64,000 nucleotides of DNA, taken from Auanema rhodensis. Taxonomy: Eukaryota > Animalia > Nematoda. The position numbers were made by a program, and so were the translations under genes. Positions 1-13,505 of this stretch are shown here, piece after piece (within the stretch, counting starts at the first letter, position 1; each line of letters opens with the position of its first letter). The notes beneath the pieces were generated by a model. The model was not told the DNA's origin. It ran no database searches and saw only the letters and a program-made list of their open reading frames with translations. Location of the stretch: NCBI GenBank assembly GCA_964057225.1, contig OZ059899.1:15748001-15812000 (forward strand), read 5' to 3'.

Positions 1-2114
1 AAGAAGCTCATTATGAAAAGATAAACAAACATAAATCACTCGATCAATAAGAGATAGAGTATGAGTATCAACCAAATCAAGACATTACTCAACTATCCAG
101 CTGGTTTACTTGCGTTCTTTGATTTTCCGCGAAAATTCAGGGCCAAACAAAAGAAAGATACGAAAGAGTAAGAAAAGAACATAGGAGTTTTAGGGCCAGA
201 TCAAACGATATCGGGTATGATTTTATAAACAAGAAAAGCAAAATGAAAGAGTGACCAAGCAGTCTAGACAAAAATGAAAAAATCTTCAGGGAAGTCTGAA
301 CAAACCAAGAATCAAGTCCAATTATTGAACCAGAAAAAAAAAGAAAAATCACTGTAAAATAGATTCGATAATCGACTTGGCCCACAAGTCAACCAAAAAG
401 ATCTAATGTTAAAACCCATTAAGAACTTTTGAGCCATTCATATAATCACGGAATGCATACACACTCCACGATTGGAAAACTCTAAATGGAACAGGAAGAC
501 GAAACAGTGGAGTCGCGTCCGTCAAAAACTGTCATATTATGAACGGATGGATGGAATCTCTAGAAGAGAAAGAGAAGGGGTGAGGAAGAGAGGAAACGAG
601 GTGTCCGCGCGGGATAGTGAGAAGATACACAAAGCGAAGATAGACTGATCGAGAAGCAGACCATAAAACACCTACGGAAAATATATACGATGAGGTTGAG
701 ACAGTCTTACAATCACAATTTGAATCTAGTTTTGCCGGCAAAGCGTGTGGTCCAACGTTATGAAGCATTGTTGCACGACAAGAAAAACAAATTTATCGTT
801 TACCTATGGATGCACAACACTAGCAATGGAATGGTCGAGGACCCGTGTGACAAACCCTTCAGTCATTTAATCTGGTAATTAGCTACAATCCAAGCGGTAG
901 ACAAAAAGGAAAATTGGAAGGCTCTGTAGTGACACTAGCAATTGATAGACACAGATGCGTAAAACTGTACAGAGCGATAAGAATCACTTCGACGAAAATG
1001 CGAACAGACCGACATAGACCTCCACATATATACAAACCCGCATGAATCAACAATGACGACGATCATATCGTCGTGGGTACGTTTTCCAACTTAAGAAGGA
1101 AATCGCTTCACAATTAACAAGGCAAATAAGGTTGAAGAAGATGCGAAGAAGCAAAAACTTTCTCCAGTTAACGAAGATGACTAGGGTTAGCAGAAGATTT
1201 CACACATTTTGCTGTCACGGTGTCCCATCTGGTGTACAGCAACCAGTGTGGACAGTGGTTTATAAGAAACACCAAAAATGGACGCGAGAGAGTAGCAACA
1301 ACCAGAACCATATCAAGAAACAAAACGACGTCGTAGTGGAAAACGTAACGGTAAATAGAGGAAATTCTTAAAACAAAAACTAAGAAGAACAGGATATAAG
1401 GCGTAATAGTGGAAGTAAATGGCAATGAAAAGAATCGATTCTGGTAGAACAGAGACCAGAAGGACTAAAAGATAGATGAACGATGACACAAGTAACAAAA
1501 ACCACAATCTTGGCTGACAGTGGATGATATGGCAGTTGGACAACCTCCCCCCGCTGATCGCGCAGGCTAAACTCCTCCGATAACCTTGAGACAAAGAGTC
1601 CAACAACCTAGAACCAGAGGCAAAGAGAGGAGGAGGAGAATAGCGACCCATAGCACCGAGGGCAGAAAAAAGACAAAGACGTGGCATTATCGGTGCTAAT
1701 GTCATTTGAATTCGTCCATCTTAACAAGCAACAAACGAAAGGCTCCAATAAAGGGCAGCCGAATCAACATTATGTTTTGTAATGAAAAACATCGTCATAT
1801 ATAAAATGTACTTGTTGTGCCCTGCCTTTTGATACAATAGATTTCGAATCAAAGACCGGTAAATATTGTAGTGCTGCTGTCTTGGACGATTACAGCCAAA
1901 AGTAAAATAAGTGCTTTATAAGGATTACACAATTATTTGGGCAAGCAGGGACCAGGAAAGCATGTGTGGTAAATTGCCATAAGGAGCGGAGAGCGGATAC
2001 TACTGTGCCATATGTTGAAGCCAACTCTAATTGCAGTATAGAATAACATCGCAGAACAACGATATAAGTAGCGAACGGAAAGAAAAAAGAAAAAGAGAGA
2101 TGAAAACAACTTAC

Positions 2115-3975
2115 GAGCTAGAGTTGAAATCCCGATATTGCATAAGACGTCTCTCAACTAAACTCATTCCTTTGGCAGATCTCAAGGGAGAACTTGAGCT
2201 TTGCGGTTGCTGTCTCGGAGATCTAAACAATCATCTTTTCCGGAAATGTCTTTTAGCTGTCAGAGGATATTATGAAAAATAGATTACTTCGAATATCCGT
2301 TCAACGTGCAGCTTATCTTAACATAACTAGGAACTCGATGAGCAGGAGTTCCACATTCTGCGGAAGCTAAATTGTCTTCAGACATAAAATGAGCGACTCC
2401 GGCCAGCGGTGTCACAGGAAGATCCTGAAATAGAAGCAGATGTAAATGAAAAGACAGAAAAAAATAAAGGCTCCATAAAAAAAATGTTTTTCTGGATACA
2501 ACATCATAAGCTTCACTTCTCATAATATATTAGGAATAGCAAAAACTCTATGAAAACCATTAATAAGTGACTTTACAATGCTGTTGACATGACATGGCCG
2601 AAACAAAACATTGTTTGAACCGAGAAGCTACAAAATGGAATAAGCTCTAGTCAGGGAGTGAAAAACAGGGAATTTGCATAAGTGTTTAAGACAGGAAATT
2701 GTCAGTGAGGAAAAAACCATAATAGTTTTATTCCGGTGTTTAAATGAAGTTTTGATAAAACGCCCCGTAATGCAACAAACTATAGTACTTGAATAAACTT
2801 AGAATTTGTGAACTATAATTGCAATAATTGATATAACATTGTTAAATAAGGAAAGCGAACATCGGCTGCAATTATGACAGAAAGGAACGAGTCTCAAACC
2901 AGATATGAACAACTACAAAGACGTAAAGACATGATGATGACCCCAAAAAAGCTGCACAGTCAGATCATCAGGTCAAAAAATAAACGAAAGAGAAGAGACA
3001 GTGGTCTGTGGTAGTGATGAAGGTTGCGAGCACGTACTCTTCAAATGCATTGCAAACAATGAGCAAATAGTGGACATAGCAACGTATTTCGTTGCGAGTA
3101 TATGCTAAAAGAGAATTAGAACACAAGCCATGAAATGGCAAGGTATTCTGAAAGTAAACACGAGGAAGAGCATCACACCTGTCCACCCTAAGGTCTTATT
3201 GTAGCTTCAGTTTTGCTTTTTGGCAACAACATCGTGCAAAATCTCGTTTACTCTCTTATAAATTCTTAACAACGCTTCGCTAGTGAGAGCCACTTGGCTT
3301 GCATGATGAACGCAAATTCTGTGACATCCCATGCAATGTATTCGTATTTACACATGAAAAGAAGATGCCTCCCAATAATCCACCGAATGCTATCCAAGTA
3401 AACCAGCCACTATATTTCACACAGCCAAAAAATTCAAGAGATCTAGCGTGCATCGACATATCTTATTGTGAGAAAACTTACACAACCACGAGAGAGGGTG
3501 ACGTGGCGGAGATCGTTCTCACTAACTGCAGGTCTAGGAGAAGCAAATGAAACATGGTGTGGCTTATCGGGAGTTTGAGCACGATCGGGAGTATCTCGAC
3601 AGTTATCCTATAAAATTAATGTACTAACTTAATTTTAAAATGTCATTACAGTTTTAGGCTTTCTTCCAGATAAACGGTTAACCAGAGTTCCGAATTTTGA
3701 AGAAGGGGAGTGGCTACGAGGTGGATCAGGACATTTAAATCTAAATATGAAAAACATATAACAATCGAAATGCAAGACTGAAAACTTACACTATACCCTC
3801 ATTCTCTTTCCCTACTGCTTTTTCCTTGGTACTAGTTTTTTTGGGACTTTTTGTTCTAACACGTCCAAGCCTCGATAAAAAATTACCTGAACAATTATGA
3901 AAAGTTAAACAAAATATAAAACAAAAATTTTAAATTACCTATTGGTGAAGCTTTTCCTTCCTCTTCCTTCGGCAT
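2115..3975 (-). CDS. Unknown multi-exon protein, 5' part only (continues off the left edge); S/P/K-rich, possibly DLGAP/vulcan-like
   Basis: Phase-consistent exons with GT/AG: MPKEEEGKASPI | GNFLSRLGRVRTKSPKK... | ...PDPPRSHSPSSKFGTLVNRLSGRKPKT | DNCRDTPDRAQTP...LSRGC | DLPVTPLAGVAHF...PSYVKISCTLNGYSK | SPRQQPQ...MSLVERRLMQYRDFNSS; no stop found before the window edge. Confidence 0.6.
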
Positions 3976-4406
3976 CTTGTCAAGCTTTAACTCATAAGCC
4001 TTAAACAAAAGAATGATGGATTTTGAAGTGATAAGATGAATAAGTATGATCGGCTAAAAACCAATTTGAACAAAACATTACACTAAACATCCTATGATTT
4101 TCAAACCTGGTGGATACATACAAATTGATAACAATAATTTCAGAGTGAGAATAAGAAGTTGATTAAAACGACTTCAGAACATAGGGCAAGGAAACGAATA
4201 AACATATCAAACAACAAACCAACTATGCAAAGTGAACTAACAATTTCAACCGTAACAGATGTAACACTGTACTCAAAAAAAACTGTGAATTAGGTGCGAG
4301 ACCAAGAATCTACTCGTTTTGAGCCATCAATTATTATTCTTCTTAAATATTTGTTAACTAACATGGAAAACTATAAAGCCATAAACAAATCGAGAAGTTA
4401 GCATGA

Positions 4407-5727
4407 TCAATCGTCTTGTTCAGCATCCTCATCCTCATTGCTCTCCGTATCTTCATCATCATTTACTGGATTTCTTTCAGCATTACCTTCTTCTTCGTTA
4501 TCATTATCATTTACATTTTCATTTTCGTTCTCGTTCTCATTTTCATTTTCGTTATCATTATCATTATCATTCACTTCTTCCGGGTTGGTGTTATTTTCAT
4601 TTTCACTCTAGAATCAAAAAATTCTTTTTTTTCGGAACATGTTTAGCAACGTACCATCCATTTATCACGGAGTCTGATTTTCTCTTCATCTGCTTCTTCA
4701 ACATATTCAGGTCCTAGCTGACTAGGGTCAATAACGTGTTTAACTAATACTTTCATCATTCTATAAGAAGAGGTTTCTTATGAGAGGTTGGAATGAAAAC
4801 TGACCCAAATCCTAAAAATCTTGGCTTCTTCACTATTTCTTGGAGTATAGGATCACATAATACAAAACGTTTATCCTTCGGGTCTGCTAGACTATTATTA
4901 CGTACATAAGCCCAGACAGATGAAACAACCTGAAAACAAATTGATATTTTCCAAGTTATAAAAGTGAACTTACATCACATCTACGCATATATTTAGAGTT
5001 TGTAACTTGCTGTAGAGCTTCACTGATATAACACAATTTAGTTTTTGCATTAAAAGGACATTTTCCCGGCTTTTTAGTCTTAATAAAACTACGGCCCTTC
5101 TTCAAATTGGCATTGGCTACTCTAGCAGCTGCACGAGGGCGTTTTTTAACAGTGGACATGAGATCAAATTCATCTTCTTCAGGACTAGCTTCTCTCTTAA
5201 ATCATAGCATGAAAATGAATAATTACAATTATAAAAAACTTTTTTTCTTTTGACTTTTTCTTTTTTGACCCTTTCTGTAGATGCTAACCCATGGTCACTA
5301 TCTGAATCGCTTTCCGACCTGAAAATATTAAAGGTAACTACAATAACAACTGAATCTTCTAACTTTTTAGCAGATGTAGTTTCTACCGTAGTATTATGTC
5401 TGCTGCTATCAGAATCATCAGAATCATCATGAGAATTGTTAGAGTTATTCATCTAAACTAGACATTCCTCAAAAAGTAAGGATTACTGTACATACCTTTT
5501 TCTGAAAAGTGGCCATAACCATGTTGTCAATAATCTTCTTGTATGGATCGAAATCCACAGAAAACTGCTCCTGAACGAGAAAAATAATTAAATTAAATAA
5601 TTTAAACATTTACCTTCAAATGAGCTCGGATCATTTTGGCAGTTACAGAATTACCCTTATTGTCTATTAGGTCGGAGATTGCATGACTTACTTTTTCTTG
5701 GTTGATAGGTAACTCGTCGACTGACAT
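4407..5727 (-). CDS. SWIB/MDM2-domain protein (UAF30/Spp27-like) with acidic tail
   Basis: Spliced: MSVDELPINQ... KLCYISEALQQVTNSKYMRRCDV | VSSVWAYVRNNSLADPKDKRFVLCDPILQEIVKKPRFLGFG | MMKVLVKHV (SWIB motif); ends in N/D/E repeats ...EDAEQDD*. Confidence 0.85.
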
Positions 5728-5890
5728 TATGACTTAACAGCTAAAATACCCATTTGATGAAGGAGCATTGAAACATGCTACCTTGACATAGAGAGAACAA
5801 AAGTAAAGCGTTAAGGCCTAACATAATGACAGTTATGCCTAGTGGCTTCACATAGCATATTGGAGACAAAACTAGATATTCAGATACAAT

Positions 5891-5898
5891 GCGCGAAA
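5891..5898 (-). promoter_or_regulatory. E2F/EFL-1-like site (TTTCGCGC) in the divergent SWIB/mrg-1 promoter
   Basis: GCGCGAAA on the + strand in an otherwise very AT-rich head-to-head intergenic region. Confidence 0.35.
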
Positions 5899-6540
5899 AG
5901 ATTGATTGGACAACTGACGGGAGACATTACTACATTGTGTTCTAAAAGAGGATGGGATATCCCAAATTTTATAATGATCTATAAGCTGATCAATCTGGAT
6001 AGTTTAAAGTGTCGGAAACATAAAGCACACACATATATATATACATATTGATATATAGAATTTCAAATATTCAGGAGATGCCAATCAAAAAATTGTTCAA
6101 ATGGACAATCTTAATATAATAATATGTCAAATCCTGAAGATTGTACACAATACGCGTAAATTTTTAAATAATGGTCGTAATAATTAATGGATGTGATTTG
6201 AAAAATAAATACTAATTATTAAAGTAGCCTATTAATATGAAATTCGCTCTATACTTACTTATTAATAAATATTTGCATAGTAATTATGTAAATAACAAAA
6301 ACATGAGAAAGAAAATAAGCCCTGAATTACTAAAATGCCCATTTTGGTACGCGATTAGAAATTAATAGAATCTGCGCCACTATTGCATATTTTTGGTCAC
6401 GCCCATTTTTTTATGAAATAAGAGCGTCTTTGAAATTCAAGAGTTTTTACAACTTTTACTAATTATTATGATTTTATAGTTTTCATTGTTTACTAAAATT
6501 AAGAAATAATTTCATTCAGTAATAACTTTTTAGTTTTTAG

Positions 6541-8094
6541 ATGCCTCCTGCCAAAAAATTACCTGATTATGAAACAAATACACGCATTCTTTGTAAGCAC
6601 GCAGGATTTTTTTACGATGCCAAAATTATTGATAGAAAAGAAGAAGGTGCAGAAATGGCTTATTTGATACATTATCAGGTAATTGAATTTAATATAACGA
6701 ATACAAGCATATATATGTATGAAGGGATGGCATAAAAGACATGATGAGTGGATTACTCAAACTGAATCATTAGAAAAATTCAAAGATTTTAGTGATGAGG
6801 CATATGCTGCTGCCAAGGTTGAATACATAATTAATTATTAATGATGAATATTTTGGTTCAGAATGAATACAAAGAAGCTAAGGAGTCTAAAGCTAAAACA
6901 GGAAAGAAGAAGGCCAAGCAAGATTTGGAAGATGAGGTATATTGCATTTTAATAGTAATGTTTGTTAAAGTTTTCCATTTTTAGCTTAGAAAAAGTGAAA
7001 CCGGCAGTCGTGGATCCACCCCTAGTGACAGAGCAGGAGGGAGTACTAAAGCTAATTCAACCACTAGTGAGAAAACATCGAAAGGTGAGAATCAATCTTT
7101 TACTCCAATGCAAAATTTACAGATTCAGTATCACGAGGTGTTAAAAGAAAGGCTGATGATGGTTTGGGTTCGAATGGTTTTGCAGAACCATCAAAAGACC
7201 TTCGACCAACTGAAGTAAACTAGAAGTTAAATGAATAATATTAAAATTTTTTTTTTAGTTTTCAATCAAACTGCCTAAAAGTTTGATGCAAGTTTTAGTA
7301 GATGATAATGATATGATTAATCGTCATAATAAACTCACTCGTTTACCGGCACGTTATACAGTGGAAATGATCATAAAAGATGTAAGAATTGTATATTAAT
7401 TATATAAAATATGATAATCAAATTCATAGTACTGTGATGCCTCTGCAAAAAAAACAGTTGAGCAAGCGGATGAAGTTACCATAGAATACGAAAACAGCAG
7501 TATGCAATCCAGTGGCTATCAGCTTGTGCAAAGTGCTCTCGGAGTTCAAGATTATTTTGATACCTTACTTGGGTAGTTCATTTTATACTTGAATTTTCTT
7601 TATCACTTGTTTTAGGTTTCAACTATTATATAAATTCGAGCGACAACAATATTTTGATGAACTTGTAAAAGCTCGGGAAAGTATAAAGCCTGCTGAAAGC
7701 AATGATCAACCTACTACTAAGAAAAGGCGAATGACAAAAGAGCCGGAACCAGAGTGTATGTATATTTTCCTTTCAATTAACGCATTTTGTTTTTAAGTAA
7801 CGCCCGAAGAGTTACAAAAAGTATTAAAACCTTCGAAGCTGTATGGTCTTCCTCATCTTCTCCGGCTTTTATCTCGATTTGATGTATATTTAAAAATGAC
7901 TAGTTGGAAGGAGAGGACTATTAAGGTAACTTGACACTATAAAATCTTAAAGTTTATTAATATTACAGATGATCACCACCTCTATTCATGATTTTCTTGT
8001 TTATTTAAACAAAAACCTAAATAAGTACTATAGCCTTAATCGTGATTACGATGCTGCCTCTCCAGCTTATCAGAGACAAGCCATGGCAGTCTAA
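6541..8094 (+). CDS. mrg-1: MRG15/Eaf3 chromodomain + MRG domain protein
   Basis: Chromo barrel LCKHAGFFYDAKII...YLIHYQGWHKRHDEWI; MRG domain LVDDNDMI..LTRLPA, GVQDYFDTLLGFQLLYKFERQQY, PSKLYGLPHLLRL; ends YQRQAMAV*. Confidence 0.93.
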
Positions 8095-8724
8095 ATGTAG
8101 GAGAAATTTGGTCTACAACCTAGCACATGATCACGGTAATCACTGGTATTCCTAATAAATCTCACTTTTTATCTCAGCAACCACTATTCCTCACGTTTAA
8201 CTTATTTTTCGTTTCATGTTTTGAAGTTGTATATGTATCTCTTTTAAGGGAATTTTCACTCCGCTGAAGCTATTGCTTTCTTGTATTAATAAGTAGGATC
8301 CTGTTTTCCCTGGTTATGTGTTGTTAATGTAGTGATCACAGGTGGAATTTACGCTTGTACTTACTCAATAAAGTATGATAACAATTTCTTCCGTTTTCTC
8401 CGATTCAATGTGTATAACTTCGATGAATTTGAACCTCCGTACGATAAAAATAGCAACTGAAACGTGTAATAATCAGCAAGCGTTTCAGTTGTCGTCAATT
8501 CGACCTGGCTGACTCAATGTCTTGTTGTTTTGATCAGTGGAGAAGGTAAAACGGGTTCTACAAATCCATATGTAGAGAAGAGTTGTCTTTTCACTCGTTG
8601 TAATCGACGCTTCCATGTCGACCTTCGTATTATTGGTATTTCATTTTCTATATTTACGTTCAAAATTTTTATTCTGGCTTATAACTATATATTAATGTAT
8701 TAAAAAGTTTCTTTTAGATTTTAC

Positions 8725-9235
8725 ATGTGTAACTACTTAATTCTCGTAATATTATCGTTACTTTCGACAGTAGATGCCATTGGCTTTACTCAATCAACCG
8801 CAGTAGAAGGGAAACTATTATGTGGTGATCAGCCGGCTGCAGCAGTATTAGTTAAACTTTTTGAGCATGACACACGTAGATATATTTATGCTTTTTCTAA
8901 AAAATAATAATATTTTAGTCACTCCGGATGAGCTGATGGATTCGGTGAAAACTGACTCTCAAGGAAACTTCCGCGTTAGTGGACATGCTTCCGAAATTAG
9001 TGGAATTGAACCCAAAATTAATATTTATCATGATTGCGATGATGGTATCAAGGCAAGATCAATCAATTGTTTTTTATTGTAAACTGTGATGTTTCAGCCA
9101 TGCCAAAGAAAACTTACAATCTTCATTCCGTCAGATTATATTACGAAGGCAAAACAACCATCCAAAACATTAAACTTGGGCTTACTCCAGCTTGAAGGAA
9201 AATTTGTAGGAGAGGAAAGAGACTGTCTTCATTAA
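8725..9235 (+). CDS. Nematode transthyretin-like (TTR-52 family) secreted protein
   Basis: Signal peptide, QSTAVEGKLLCGDQPA..VKLFEHD, TDSQGNFRVSG, PKINIYHDCDDGIK | PCQRKL..IPSDYI, GEERDC; 3 exons, second intron GC-AG. Confidence 0.93.
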
Positions 9236-9471
9236 ATTAAAGTTCAAAACTTTTTGAAGTTAGTAAAAATAATTTTTTAATAGTTAATGTCAGCTTTGAC
9301 ATTAATAAAACAATTTACCATGACTAACCGATAATCGTATCCGAAAAAATAAAAATGAACTTGTGCTTTTCAATTAATTTCATTTTTACTGTAAACTAGA
9401 ATAAGGCGGTTATTCAAATCTTTCAAAAACTTCCATATGAAACAAGCCTAAAAAAAGAATTTCTTTAAAAC

Positions 9472-10113
9472 ATGAGCGAAAAAAATGGATATGTAGGTGT
9501 ATTTTCATTTCATTATATTTCAAAACATTTTTACAGTATATCCATTCTTTGTATAAACAAAAAACAATTTTCAATATGCTCTACTGTTTCTTAAAAGGCT
9601 ATCTGTTTGTGTTATTAATTTCCGAATTATCTAAAAGTATGTTACTGAAATTTTGTTGGGACTCAACTTTAAAATTTATTGAGGTTGTAACAGTTCCGTA
9701 TTCAAGAATTGTACGTTTGATATGGCTACTCTTAATATTATCCAGATTTTCGGGACGTTCTTAACTTGTCTGTTAACACCTTTCAAGCTGGGATGGATTA
9801 CAGATCCAACATATTCCAAAATGTTTTTATCTCATTTAATTCAAGTTCGGTCAAGAATTCGTAAACGTTGGACTAAGCAAGTTTCAGGTGTTTATAATAG
9901 GAATTGATGTCGTAACAACTGTCATGGTTTTCACGAGAGCAGAAAATGAACCAGGTAAATATGCTATTAGAGTTTTAAGCTTTCATTGTGATAGTTCTCA
10001 ATTTTGTATGGGATTATCCGCTATCAAGTGTTCTGTTGGGATGTCAGATACTAGTATGGGATTCTCTTATGGCTATCATAAAATACCAAGAGAGTCATTT
10101 GAAAATAGCATAA
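9472..10113 (+). CDS. Hypothetical small multi-pass membrane protein
   Basis: Phase-consistent splicing with ~43-nt introns gives MSEKNGY | YIHSLY... | IFGTFLTCLLTPFKLGW...HLIQ | VFIIGIDVVTTVMVF.. | VLNFVWDYPLSSVLLGCQILVWDSLMAIIKYQESHLKIA*; no recognised family. Confidence 0.5.
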
Positions 10114-10294
10114 ATTTGTTTAAATAAAAGTTTTAATAAATCAGTAACTATTAGTCAGATTAATATTGACAAACATAAAAAAACAATTCTAAAATAAGTT
10201 AATGGTAAACATTTACAGGGAAAATTAACATTATGGGTTTTCACAAGATTGTTATTATTATTATAAAATTTTATGATTGGAAAATAAAATTGTT

Positions 10295-11034
10295 TTATAT
10301 TTCGTCTAGCAGTTTTTTAGCTGTCTCATAGAACTCGGCTAACATTTTTTCAGCTTTCGCCAACTCCTCACCTAAATCGTCATCATCTTGTTTAAATTTT
10401 TCCGTCAGGCTCTGGGCATTGGCTTTTGCTTTGTTTGCGAATGCTTCTATTTCATTAAAAGCCTCAATTTCCTTATCAATCTAAAAAAATTAATTTCATG
10501 CTATGAAAATAATTAGAAAATACTTTATGAAATGACGGAAAATCCATTCGGTCAACAGTTCTTTCCAATTCAATCACATCATTTTCTACAATTGGTTTCA
10601 ACTGAAGATCAGCATCTACGATATTCAACGCAAGATCGGTTATTTTATCAATAGCATCTGCAATTTCTGCAGTCTTTGCACATGACTAAAATAACAATTA
10701 TAATTTAATTATAAGCGTGAAAAATAAACCTCAGCATGAAGTTCTTCGAATGACAACTCAACTTGAGTCAAAACTTCCTCACACTTTAAAATACTGCTTA
10801 TAGCTTCACAAGATGCTGTACTTGTATTTTCTTTTCTTTTTCTCACAACTTTTTTAATTGTTGGTACAACAGTTTTCGGCCTAAATTTCTCTTGTACGAC
10901 TATTTTTTTATAAAAATATCATCTCACCTTTTAGCTCTTCGGAGGTTTGACTCTGGCACTTTAAAATGAACCTTTTTGTTTTCGTCCGAACTTTTCGGAG
11001 CATATTTAATCAGAGGGCGTAATGGCTTTTCCAT
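10295..11034 (-). CDS. Hypothetical protein: basic N-terminus + acidic coiled-coil
   Basis: 4 exons: MEKPLRPLIK...KKVHFKVP..RRAKR | PKTVV..ELHAE | SCAKTAEIAD..SFHK | IDKEIEAF..KKLLDEI*; start uncertain. Confidence 0.65.
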
Positions 11035-11471
11035 ATTTTTCAAGCTTAATCAATTAATTAAGCTGTTCGAATATTCGAATCATCGACACTAATTAAAATA
11101 TATAAAAGACGCCGTTTCGGTAAGCTGACAGCTTCTCGAGACCAATTTTCGGATATCTGTAAATTAGACATACCTGTATCAAAGCTCTTAAATTCGCTTA
11201 GCTTCTTTAAAACTTCTTGGAAAAAACTAACTGGTTCCCGAGAATTATGAAAAATTTTAATATAATCTATGGTTATTCAGGTTCCAATATTTTATATCTT
11301 CTTATGAACTAACAATTTCAATTGAATTAAATAGTAAGTAATTTGGTGCACGTTTGACAACGAAATAATTTATTACAAAATAGAGTTGCGACAACATAAA
11401 TTCGGTTAAGTAATATTTGAATTGATTTAGAATCTGAAAACATAGTGAGTATTTTGAAACTACATGAATAT

Positions 11472-13505
11472 TTAGAAGAAATGTTTGTGATGATGAACTC
11501 GGGTTCCATGACGTTTAATCCATTTTTTAATGTACATCTTCTCCATGTCACGAACTTTCTTCACCTGAAAATAAAGTAGCAATGTAAGATAAGAAACACT
11601 AATTTCAATTTTACTTCTTCTGTGTCATCTGGATGAGAGCCTCTGAGATCATAATGATGAGCTCCTTCTTTCAGTATAACAGAGACTAAAGAACCTTCAA
11701 CTTTATTCTTGAAAGACCAGCCTCCTCCACTCCATGGATCTAGATAACCATTCCTTAAAAAACATTAAATATCGGGTTATTTCCAAAGCACTTACGAAAA
11801 TATAATGTTGGTGGCAGTAGGGAATTCAGCACCATAGTTCTGAATTGCCCAATGTGGTCGGAGCATATCTCTTTGGAATCCTATTGAACCGAAACTATAA
11901 ACTTATTATTACAGTGAAAAACAACAAAAACCTTACGTATCGTTACAGTAACTGAAATAGCCTTCAATGGAATAAGGACAATCTTTCCAGAAAAAGTCAT
12001 TTGGTGGTCCGCTGGCACAAATAGGCATGAGCATTTCAGTGCAAGTCTAATATCAAAGTGTGATTCATGGATTTTAAACCCTGTGTTACCTGCCAAGGCC
12101 AACCAAGTGGATCTCCTAAAGCAGCGAAGGCTCCGGCACATTTAGCAGCATTAGCACACAAAGAGGATACGGTTCCAGTATAGTTATAGTATAAGTTCAC
12201 AACCTTTAATTATTAAGTTGTAGGTTATAGGGAAAACTAAAATAATTACGTTGTATAATTGAGTGGCAACTTCCTCATCCGATTGTCCAACTTTACTCAG
12301 AAACTTGCAAGCTTCCTTAACTGGCCATCCAGGTAAAGGAGATAAAAACGATGTGGGATATGGATAGTTCACCATAGCCATACTTTCAAAAACCTCCCTG
12401 AAAGTATGCTTATCATTAAATATATGACAAGCTTTTGTAAGCACCTGATATAGGCAGCCAGGAATCTATGATCATTGGGGCTATTCAACCAAGATTTCTT
12501 TTCCAGTTTGAATAATTTATTTAAGAACGAACGTCCGTTACTTGATTTGGCAAGGGCTTCCAGAGACAGCCAACCACGAGTGATAGCTTTCGCTTTGCAT
12601 CCACTATCAACAAAAGCACGAGTAACAATCTAAAATCATATTAATGAACTTCAAACCCAAGTTACCAGTTTACCTCAGCGTAAACATCTTCCTTGATATG
12701 AGAATCCAAAAACCAGAAAACTGGTGCGGAAGCAGCTATAGCTCTAAAACTTTTTTGCTAAAAACGTTTTAATGCCAAAGTGTTACCCTTGAACTTTGTG
12801 AGGATACTTAATTCTCATCCAAGCAGACAACATTCCTCCATAAGATCCTCCAAATGCTATAACTGAAGCGTTTATTGCATTGTTAAGTCTCTGCAATATA
12901 TTGAGAAATAAAGTACGAAAACTAAGGATTTGGATATACAGCAGTTTTCAGATAATCTATGAGTAATACGAAATCAGCTAACGCTTGTTCAGAACTTAAG
13001 AATCCAAGCTTATCGGTGTGAGAATAACTGGAGTTTCTATATGGTTGAGTCTTGCCATAAAAGCGGTGTTCAGCAAAAACTACAGCGCCATTAAGTTCAG
13101 GGGCAATGTCCCACATAAAGCCCTTAATATTTAAGAATTAAATCATAGTACACTGAAAAAAGTACTGTATTCTCAGCAAATCCTTCCAAGTTTCCCTCAT
13201 TTCCAGTGTAGAAAAGGATAGGACCTCCGGCTTTATAGCTGTCAGTATTGATGAAAAATCTAAAAACGTACTAGTAAAAATGGCGATCTAAACTTTCTGA
13301 ACCTGAGACTGAAACTGTCGGTATTAGCAAAAGAAAAATGATCAACTGGAACATCATTTAACCATTCTTCAGACCAGCTGTAACCGTTTTCGGATTTATA
13401 ACCTCCGCTCTTTTTGTTAACACGATGAGACCATGAGGATGGATCTCTTAAAGGTTGCCGCGCTTCTGCTAAAGCTATGGCTAACAGCAGTAGCCAAAAA
13501 AGCAT
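11472..13505 (-). CDS. Lysosomal Pro-X carboxypeptidase (peptidase S28, pcp-5-like)
   Basis: Signal peptide; [28 protein letters not shown], nucleophile elbow [27 protein letters not shown]; ends [18 protein letters not shown]. Confidence 0.93.

Noticed and set aside
1056-1074. 8-bp hairpin ACGACGAT-CAT-ATCGTCGT
   Set aside because: Short and built from GAC repeats common in this window; compatible with chance
4403-4717. His-rich and Ile/Phe-rich plus-strand ORFs
   Set aside because: Antisense shadows of the acidic repeat in the minus-strand SWIB gene
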